Below, piece by piece: positions 1 to 11,300 of a stretch of DNA of 64,000 nt. Numbering within the stretch: the first letter of the stretch is position 1; each line of letters opens with the position of its first letter. The translations under genes and the position numbers were made by a program. The notes beneath the pieces were generated by a model, which saw only the letters and a program-made list of their open reading frames with translations, had not been told where the DNA came from and did not search any database. This DNA is from the human T2T-CHM13v2.0 reference genome, Homo sapiens. Location: assembly GCF_009914755.1 (NCBI RefSeq), contig NC_060939.1; one strand, written 5' to 3'.

Positions 1-1315
1 CTACTCGACTCCAATACATTCAATTGCATTCCATCCGATTCCATTACATTCTTTTCATTTCTTATCCATTTCAAGCCATTCCACTCCATTCCATTCCACT
101 CGTTTCCTTTCCATTCGAGTCCATTCCTCTCCAGTCCATTCCGTTCAATCCATTCCATTCCAGTTCATTCCATTCGAGTCCGTTCCATTCCAGTCCTCTC
201 TATTCGAGTCAATTCCATCCCATTCGATGTCTTTCCATAACGATCCATTCCATTCTATTCCTTTCGATTCCATTCCATTCTATTTCATTCAATTCGATTC
301 CCTTCCATTGGACTCCTTTCCATTCGAGTGCATTCCATTCCGTTCCATTTCTTACCGTTCTGTACGATTCCTACCGTTCGATTTCATTTTGTTCCAGTCC
401 ATTCCTTTCGCGTCCATTCCATTCCATTTCACTCCATTCGATTCCATTCCACTCGATTCCACTTCGTTCCATTTCATTGCATTCCATTCTATTCAACTCT
501 ATTGCCTTCCATTCCATTCCATTCGATTACATTCCATGCGATTCCGTTCGAAATCGAATCAATTACATTGCAATCCATTACTATTGAGTCCATTTTATTC
601 CAGTCCACTGCATTCTGGTCCATTCCATTTGATTCCATTCCATTCTATTCCATTCCATACAGTTGCATTCCATTGGATTCCATTCTATATCTATAAATTC
701 AATTCGAGACCATTGCTTTTGAATCCATTCTATATGATTCCATTCCATTCAAGTCCATTACATTTGGTTCAATTCCATTCCATTCCATTCCCTTCCATTC
801 CATTCCAGTTGATATCAATCCATTCGATTCCATTCCATTCGAGCACATTCCATTCGAGTCCATTCCATTCGATGCCATTCCATTTGATTCTATTCCATTA
901 GTCTCCATTCAATTCCATTAATCTCCATTCCATTCCATTCTACTCCAACTGATTCGATTCCATTCTATTCCTTTCCATTCCATTTCATTCCATTCCATTC
1001 CATTTCATTCCATTCCATTCCATTCGCTTCCATTCCATTCGTGTCCATTCCACTCCAGTCCATTCCATTCGTGTCCATTCCATTCCAGTCCATTCCATTT
1101 GTGTCCACTGCATTCCATTCCACTCCATTCCATATTATTCCATTACACTCCATTCCATTCTATTACTTTCATTTCCATTCAATTCCATTCCATTTGATTC
1201 CATTCCACTCGGTTTCATTCCATTTGAGTCCACTCCATTCCATTCCATTCCATTCCATGCAGTTCCATTCCATTCTGTTCCATTCCATTCCGTTCCATTG
1301 CATTCCATTCCATTC

Positions 1316-1321
1316 GGTACC
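1316..1321. other. KpnI site (GGTACC), once-per-unit landmark; first copy
   Basis: CATTC-GGTACC-ATTCC is seen here and at the homologous position of the other units, except 28261 where it reads AGTATC. Confidence 0.95.
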
Positions 1322-3552
1322 ATTCCATATTGTTCCATTCGATTCCATTCGAATCCATTCCATTCCAGTCCATTCCATTCGATTCCATTCCATTCCATTC
1401 AATTCCATTCCATTCCATTCCATTCCACTTGATTCCACTCCATTCCCTTCCACTGCATTCCATTCGATTCCATTCCATTGCATTGCATTCCATTCCATTG
1501 GACTGCATTCCATTCGATTCCATTCCATTCGAATCAATTACATAGCAATCCATTACATTCGAATCTATTCTATTCCGTTCCATTCGATTTCATTCCAATC
1601 CATTCGATTCCATTCCATTCGATTCCATTCCATACTATTGCATTCCATTCTATTACATTATATTCGAATAAGTTCCATTCAAGACCATTTCTTTTGAGTC
1701 CATTCTATTTGAGTCCATTCCCTTTGATTCCATAACATTTGAGTCCATTCAATTCCATTCCTTTCGTTTCCATTCCATTTGATGCCATTCCACTCAATTA
1801 TGTTCTACTCGACTCCAATACATTCAATTCCATTCCATCCGATTCCATTACATTCTTTTCATTTCTTATCCATTTCAAGCCATTCCACTCCATTCCATTC
1901 CACTCGTTTCCTTTCCATTCGAGTCCATTCCTCTCCAGTCCATTCCGTTCAATCCATTCCATTCCAGTCCATTCCATTCGAGTCCGTTCCATTCCAGTCC
2001 ATTCCATTCGAGTCAATTCCATCCCATTCGATGTCTTTCCATAACGATCCATTCCATTCTATTCCTTTCGATTCCATACCATTCTATTTCATTCCATTCG
2101 ATTCCCTTCCATTGGACTCCTTTCCATTCGAGTGCATTCCATTCCGTTCCATTTCTTTCCGTTCTGTACGATTCTTACCGTTCGATTTCATTTTGTTCCA
2201 GTCCATTCCTTTCGCGTCCATTCCATTCCATTTCACTCCATTCGATTCCATTCCACTCGATTCCACTTCGTTCCATTTCATTGCATTCCATTCTATTCAA
2301 CTCTATTGCCTTCCATTCCATTCCATTCGATTACATTCCATGCGATTGCATTCGAAATCGAATCAATTACATTGCAATCCATTACTATTGAGTCCGTTTT
2401 ATTCCAGTCCACTGCATTCTGGTCCATTCCATTTGATTCCATTCCATTCTATTCCATTCCATACAGTTGCATTCCTTTGGATTCCATGCTATATCTATAA
2501 ATTCAATTCGAGACCATTGCTTTTGAGTCCATTCTATGTGATTCCATTCCATTCAAGTCCATTACATTTGGTTCAATTCCATTCCATTCCAGTTGATATC
2601 AATCCATTCGATTCCATTCCATTCGAGCACATTCCATTCGAGTCCATTCCATTCGATGCCATTCCATTTGATTCTATGCCATTAGTCTCCATTCAATTCC
2701 ATTAATCTCCATTCCATTCCATTCTACTCCAACTGATTCCATTCCATTATATTCCTTTCCATTCCATTTCATTCCATTCCATTCCATTTCATTCCATTCC
2801 ATTCCATTCGTGTCCATTCCACTCCAGTCCATTCCATTCGTGTCCATTCCATTCCAGTCCATTCCATTTGTGTCCACTGCATTCCATTCCACTCCATTCC
2901 ATATTATTCCATTACACTCCATTCCATTCTATTACTTTCATTTCCATTCAATTCCATTCCATTTGATTCCATTCCACTCGGTTTCATTCCATTTGAGTCC
3001 ACTCCATTCCATTCCATTCCATTCCATTCAGTTCCATTCCATTCTGTTCCATTCCATTCCGTTCCATTACATTCCATTCCATTCGGTACCATTCCATATT
3101 GTTCCATTCGATTGCATTCGAATCCATTCCATTCCAGTCCATTCCATTCGATTCCATTCCATTCATTTCAATTCCATTCCATTCCATTCCATTACATTCC
3201 ACTTGATTCCTCTCCATTCCCTTCCACTGCATTCCGTTCGATTCCATTCCATTGCATTGCATTCCATTCCATTGGATTGCATTCCATTCGATTCCATTCC
3301 ATTCGAATCAATTACATAGCAATCCATTACATTCGAGTCTATTCTATTCCGTTCCATTCGATTTCGTTCCAATCCATTCGATTCCATTCCATTCGATTCC
3401 ATTCCATACTATTGCATTCCATTCTATTACATTATATTCGAATAAGTTCCATTCAAGACCATTTCTTTTGAGTCCATTCTATTTGAGTCCATTCCCTTTG
3501 ATTCCATAACATTTGAGTCCATTCCATTCCATTCCTTTCGTTTGCATTCCAT

Positions 3553-5361
3553 TTGATGCCATTCCATTCAATTCTGTTCTACTCGACTCCAATACATTCA
3601 ATTCCATTCCATCCGATTCCATTACATTCTTTTCATTTCTTATCCATTTCAAGCCATTCCACTCCATTCCATTCCACTCGTTTCCTTTCCATTCGAGTCC
3701 ATTCCTCTCCAGTCCATTCCGTTCAATCCATTCCATTCCAGTCCATTCCATTCGAGTCCGTTCCATTCCAGTCCTCTCTATTCGAGTCAATTCCATCCCA
3801 TTCGATGTCTTTCCATAACGATCCATTCCATTCTATTCCTTTCGATTCCATTCCATTCTACTTCATTCAATTCGATTCCCTTCCATTGGACTCCTTTCCA
3901 TTCGAGTGCATTCCATTCCGTTCCATTTCTTTCCGTTCTGTACGATTCCTACCGTTCGATTTCATTTTGTTCCAGTCCATTCCTTTCGCGTCCATTCCAT
4001 TCCATTTCACTCCATTCGATTCCATTCCACTCGATTCCACTTCGTTCCATTTCATTGCATTCCATTCTATTCAACTCTATTGCCTTCCATTCCATTCCAT
4101 TCGATTACATTCCATGCGATTCCGTTCGAAATCGAATCAATTACATTGCAATCCATTACTATTGAGTCCATTTTATTCCAGTCCACTGCATTCTGGTCCA
4201 TTCCATTTGATTCCATTCCATTCTATTCCATTCCATACAGTTGCATTCCATTGGATTCCATTCTATATCTATAAATTCAATTCGAGACCATTGCTTTTGA
4301 ATCCATTCTGTATGATTCCATTCCATTCAAGTCCATTACATTTGGTTCAATTCCATTCCATTCCATTCCCTTCCATTCCATTCCAGTTGATATCAATCCA
4401 TTCGATTCCATTCCATTCGAGCACATTCCATTTGAGTCCATTCCATTCGATGCCATTCCATTTGATTCTATTCCATTAGTCTCCATTCAATTCCATTAAT
4501 CTCCATTCCATTCCATTCTACTCCAACTGATTCCATTCCATTCTATTCCTTTCCATTCCATTTCATTCCATTCCATTCCTTTTCATTCCATTCCATTCCA
4601 TTCCATTCCATTCGCTTCCATTCCATTCGTGTCCATTCCACTCCAGTCCATTCCATTCGTGTCCATTCCATTCCAGTCCATTCCATTTGTGTCCACTGCA
4701 TTCCATTCCACTCCATTCCATATTATTCCATTACACTCCATTCCATTCTATTACTTTCATTTCCATTCAATTCCATTCCATTTGATTCCATTCCACTCGG
4801 TTTCATTCCATTTGAGTCCACTCCATTCCATTCCATTCCATTCAGTTCCATTCCATTCTGTTCCATTCCATTCCGTTCCATTACATTCCATTCCATTCGG
4901 TACCATTCCATATTGTTCCATTCGATTCCATTCGAATCCATTCCATTCCAGTCCATTCCATTCGATTCCATTCCATTCCTTTCAATTCCATTCCATTCCA
5001 TTCCATTCCACTTGATTCCACTCCATTCCCTTCCACTGCATTCCATTCGATTCCATTCCATTGCATTGCATTCCATTCCATTGGACTGCATTCCATTCGA
5101 TTCCATTCCATTCGAATCAATTACATAGCAATCCATTACATTCGAGTCTATTCTATTCCGTTCCATTCGATTTCGTTCCAATCCATTCGATTCCATTCCA
5201 TTCGATTCCATTCCATACTATTGCATTCCATTCGATTACATTATATTCGAATAAGTTCCATTCAAGACCATTTCTTTTGAGTCCATTCTATTTGAGTCCA
5301 TTCCCTTTGATTCCATAACATTTGAGTCCATTCAATTCCATTCCTTTCGTTCCCATTCCAT
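3553..5361 (+). repeat. Representative single higher-order unit (1809 bp)
   Basis: Runs anchor to anchor and contains each once-per-unit landmark in order: TTTCGCGTCC, GAAATCGAATCAATTAC, CTATATCTATAAATT, GATATC, ATTAAT, CCAACTGATT, GGTACC, CATAGCAATCC, GAATAAGTTCC. Confidence 0.95.
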
Positions 5362-8300
5362 TTGATGCCATTCCATTCAATTCTGTTCTACTCGACTCCA
5401 ATACATTCAATTCCATTCCATCCGATTCCATTACATTCTTTTCATTTCTTATCCATTTCAAGCCATTCCACTCCATTCCATTCCACTCGTTTCCTTTCCA
5501 TTCGAGTCCATTCCTCTCCAGTCCATTCCGTTCAATCCATTCCATTCCAGTCCATTCCATTCGAGTCCGTTCCATTCCAGTCCATTCCATTCGAGTCAAT
5601 TCCATTCCATTCGATGTCTTTCCATAACGATCCATTCCATTCTATTCCTTTCGATTCCATTCCATTCTATTTCATTCCATTCGATTCCCTTCCATTGGAC
5701 TCCTTTCCATTCGAGTGCATTCCATTCCGTTCCATTTCTTTCCGTTCTGTGCGATTCCTACCGTTTGATTTCATTTTGTTCCAGTCCATTCCTTTCGCGT
5801 CCATTCCATTCCATTTCACTCCATTCGATTCCATTCCACTCGATTCCACTTCGTTCCATTTCATTGCATTCCATTCTATTCAACTCTATTGCCTTCCATT
5901 CCATTCCATTCGATTACATTCCATGCGATTCCATTCGAAATCGAATCAATTACATTGCAATCCATTACTATTGAGTCCATTTTATTCCAGTCCACTGCAT
6001 TCTGGTCCATTCCATTTGATTCCATTCCATTCTATTCCATTCCATACAGTTGCATTCCATTGGATTCCATTCTATATCTATAAATTCAATTCGAGACCAT
6101 TGCTTTTGAATCCATTCTATATGATTCCATTCCATTCAAGTCCATTACATTTGGTTCAATTCCATTCCATTCCATTCCCTTCCATTCCATTCCAGTTGAT
6201 ATCAATCCATTCGATTCCATTCCATTCGAGCACATTCCTTTCGAGTCCATTCCATTCGATGCCATTCCATTTGATTCTATTCCATTAGTCTCCATTCAAT
6301 TCCATTAATCTCCATTCCATTCCATTCTACTCCAACTGATTCCATTCCATTCTATTCCTTTCCATTCCATTTCATTCCATTCCATTCCGTTCCATTACAT
6401 TCCATTCGCTTCCATTCCATTCGTGTCCATTCCACTCCAGTCCATTCCATTCGTGTCCATTCCATTCCAGTCCATTCCATTTGTGTCCACTGCATTCCAT
6501 TCCACTCCATTCCATATTATTCCATTACACTCCATTCCATTCTATTACTTTCATTTCCATTCAATTCCGTTCCATTTGATTCCATTCCACTCGGTTTCAT
6601 TCCATTTGAGTCCACTCCATTCCATTCCATTCCATTCCATTCAGTTCCATTCCATTCTGTTCCATTCCATTCCGTTCCATTGCATTCCATTCCATTCGGT
6701 ACCATTCCATATTGTTCCATTCGATTCCATTCGAATCCATTCCATTCCAGTCCATTCCATTCGATTCCATTCCATTCCTTTCAATTCCATTCCATTCCAT
6801 TCCATTCCACTTGATTCCACTCCATTCCCTTCCACTGCATTCCATTCGATTCCATTCCATTGCATTGCATTCCATTCCATTGGACTGCATTCCATTCGAT
6901 TCCATTCCATTCGAATCAATTACATAGCAATCCATTACATTCGAGTCTATTCTATTCCGTTCCATTCGATTTCATTCCAATCCATTCGATTCCATTCCAT
7001 ACTATTGCATTCCATTCTATTACATTATATTCGAATAAGATCCATTCAAGACCATTTCTTTTGAGTTCATTCTATTTGAGTCCATTCCCTTTGATTCCAT
7101 AACATTTGAGTCCATTCAATTCCATTCCTTTCGTTTGCATTCCATTTGATGCCATTCCATTCAATTCTGTGCTACTCGACTCCAATACATTCAATTCCAT
7201 TCCATCCGATTCCATTACATTCTTTTCATTTCTTATCCATTTCAAGCCATTCCACTCCATTCCATTCCACTCGTTTCCTTTCCATTCGAGTCCATTCCTC
7301 TCCAGTCCATTCCGTTCAATCCATTCCATTCCAGTCCATTCCATTCGAGTCCGTTCCATTCCAGTCCATTCCATTCGAGTCAATTCCATTCCATTCGATG
7401 TCTTTCCATAACGATCCATTCCATTCTATTCCTTTGGATTCCATTCCATTCTATTTCATTCCATTCGATTCCCTTCCATTGGACTCCTTTCCATTCGAGT
7501 GCATTCCATTCCGTTCCATTTCTTTCCGTTCTGTACGATTCCTACCGTTCGATTTCATTTTGTTCCAGTCCATTCCTTTCGCGTCCATTCCATTCCATTT
7601 CACTCCATTCGATTCCATTCCACTCGATTCCACTTCGTTCCATTTCATTGCATTCCATTCTATTCAACTCTATTGCCTTCCATTCCATTCCATTCGATTA
7701 CATTCCATGCGATTCCATTCGAAATCGAATCAATTACATTGCAATCCATTACTATTGAGTCCATTTTATTCCAGTCCACTGCATTCTGGTCCATTCCATT
7801 TGATTCCATTCCATTCTATTCCATTCCATACAGTTGCATTCCATTGGATTCCATTCTATATCTATAAATTCAATTCGAGACCATTGCTTTTGAATCCATT
7901 CCATAGGATTCCATTCCATTCAAGTCCATTACATTTGGTTCAATTCCATTCCATTCCATTCCCTTCCATTCCATTCCAGTTGATATCAATCCATTCGATT
8001 CCATTCCATTCGAGCACATTCCATTCCAGTCCATTCCATTCGATGCCATTACATTTGATTCTATTCCATTAGTCTCCATTCAATTCCATTAATCTCCATT
8101 CCATTCCATTCTACTCCAACTGATTCCATTCCATTCTATTCCTTTCCATTCCATTTCATTCCATTCCATTCCGTTCCATTCCATTCCATTCGCTTCCATT
8201 CCATTCGTGTCCATTCCACTCCAGTCCATTCCATTCGTGTCCATTCCATTCCAGTCCATTCCATTTGTGTCCACTGCATTCCATTCCACTCCATTCCATA

Positions 8301-11300
8301 TTATTCCATTACACTCCATTCCATTCTATTACTTTCATTTCCATTCAATTCCGTTCCATTTGATTCCATTCCACTCGGTTTCATTCCATTTGAGTCCACT
8401 CCATTCCATTCCATTCCATTCCATTCAGTTCCATTCCATTCTGTTCCATTCCATTCCGTTCCATTGCATTCCATTCCATTCGGTACCATTCCATATTGTT
8501 CCATTCGATTCCATTCGAATCCATTCCATTCCAGTCCATTCCATTCGATTCCATTCCATTCCTTTCAATTCCATTCCATTCCATTCCATTCCACTTGATT
8601 CCACTCCATTCCCTTCCACTGCATTCCATTCGATTCCATTCCATTGCATTGCATTCCATTCCATTGGACTGCATTCCATTCGATTCCATTCCATTCGAAT
8701 CAATTACATAGCAATCCATTACATTCGAGTCTATTCTATTCCGTTCCATTCGATTTCATTCCAATCCATTCGATTCCATTCCATACTATTGCATTCCATT
8801 CTATTACATTATATTCGAATAAGATCCATTCAAGACCATTTCTTTTGAGTTCATTCTATTTGAGTCCATTCCCTTTGATTCCATAACATTTGAGTCCATT
8901 CAATTCCATTCCTTTCATTTGCATTCCATTTGATGCCATTCCATTCAATTCTGTGCTACTCGACTCCAATACATTCAATTCCATTCCATCCGATTCCATT
9001 ACATTCTTTTCATTTCTTATCCATTTCAAGCCATTCCACTCCATTCCATTCCACTCGTTTCCTTTCCATTCGAGTCCATTCCTCTCCAGTCCATTCCGTT
9101 CAATCCATTCCATTCCAGTCCATTCCATTCGAGTCCGTTCCATTCCAGTCCATTCCATTCGAGTCAATTCCATTCCATTCGATGTCTTTCCATAACGATC
9201 CATTCCATTCTATTCCTTTGGATTCCATTCCATTCTATTTCATTCCATTCGATTCCCTTCCATTGGACTCCTTTCCATTCGAGTGCATTCCATTCCGTTC
9301 CATTTCTTTCCGTTCTGTACGATTCCTACCGTTCGATTTCATTTTGTTCCAGTCCATTCCTTTCGCGTCCATTCCATTCCATTTCACTCCATTCGATTCC
9401 ATTCCACTCGATTCCACTTCGTTCCATTTCATTGCATTCCATTCTATTCAACTCTATTGCCTTCCATTCCATTCCATTCGATTACATTCCATGCGATTCC
9501 ATTCGAAATCGAATCAATTACATTGCAATCCATTACTATTGAGTCCATTTTATTCCAGTCCACTGCATTCTGGTCCATTCCATTTGATTCCATTCCATTC
9601 TATTCCATTCCATACAGTTGCATTCCATTGGATTCCATTCTATATCTATAAATTCAATTCGAGACCATTGCTTTTGAATCCATTCCATAGGATTCCATTC
9701 CATTCAAGTCCATTACATTTGGTTCAATTCCATTCCATTCCATTCCCTTCCATTCCATTCCAGTTGATATCAATCCATTCGATTCCATTCCATTCGAGCA
9801 CATTCCATTCCAGTCCATTCCATTCGATGCCATTCCATTTGATTCTATTCCATTAGTCTCCATTCAATTCCATTAATCTCCATTCCATTCCATTCTACTC
9901 CAACTGATTCCATTCCATTCTATTCCTTTCCATTCCATTTCATTCCATTCCATTCCATTTCATTCCATTCCATTCCATTCGCTTCCATTCCATTCGTGTC
10001 CATTCCACTCCAGTCCATTCCATTCGTGTCCATTCCATTCCAGTCCATTCCATTTGTGTCCACTGCATTCCATTCCACTCCATTCCATATTATTCCATTA
10101 CACTCCATTCCATTCTATTACTTTCATTTCCATTCAATTCCATTCCATTTGATTCCATTCCACTCGGTTTCATTCCATTTGAGTCCACTCCATTCCATTC
10201 CATTCCATTCCATTCAGTTCCATTCCATTCTGTTCCATTCCATTCCGTTCCATTACATTCCATTCCATTCGGTACCATTCCATATTGTTCCATTCGATTC
10301 CATTCGAATCCATTCCATTCCAGTCCATTCCATTCGATTCCATTCCATTCATTTCAATTCCATTCCATTCCATTCCATTACATTCCACTTGATTCCTCTC
10401 CATTCCCTTCCACTGCATTCCGTTCGATTCCATTCCATTGCATTGCATTCCATTCCATTGGATTGCATTCCATTCGATTCCATTCCATTCGAATCAATTA
10501 CATAGCAATCCATTACATTCGAGTCTATTCTATTCCGTTCCATTCGATTTCGTTCCAATCCATTCGATTCCATTCCATTCGATTCCATTCCATACTATTG
10601 CATTCCATTCGATTACATTATATTCGAATAAGTTCCATTCAAGACCATTTCTTTTGAATCCATTCTTTTTGAGTCCATTCCCTTTGATTCCATAACATTT
10701 GAGTCCATTCAATTCCATTCCTTTCGTTTGCATTCCATTTGATGCCATTCCATTCAATTCTGTTCTACTCGACTCCAATACATTCAATTCCATTCCATCC
10801 GATTCCATTACATTCTTTTCATTTCTTATCCATTTCAAGCCATTCCACTCCATTCCATTCCACTCGTTTCCTTTCCATTCGAGTCCATTCCTCTCCAGTC
10901 CATTCCGTTCAATCCATTCCATTCCAGTCCATTCCATTCGAGTCCGTTCCATTCCAGTCCTCTCTATTCGAGTCAATTCCATCCCATTCGATGTTTTTCC
11001 ATAACGATCCATTCCATTCTATTCCTTTCGATTCCATTCCATTCTACTTCATTCAATTCGATTCCCTTCCATTGGACTCCTTTCCATTCGAGTGCATTCC
11101 ATTCCGTTCCATTTCGTACCGTTCTGTACGATTCCTACCGTTCGATTTCATTTTGTTCCAGTCCATTCCTTTCGCGTCCATTCCATTCCATTTCACTCCA
11201 TTCGATTCCATTCCACTCGATTCCACTTCGTTCCATTTCATTGCATTCCATTCTATTCAACTCTATTGCCTTCCATTCCATTCCATTCGATTACATTCCA

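Noticed and set aside
556-566. DUX4-type site in GAATCAATTA
   Set aside because: Only partial similarity; it does not match the TAAYYYAATCA consensus on either strand.
540-1680. Canonical heat-shock elements (inverted nGAAn arrays)
   Set aside because: GAA units are head-to-tail on the minus strand. TTCGAA and GAATAAGTTC do not have the TTCnnGAA/GAAnnTTC spacing, so I could not support a canonical three-unit HSE.
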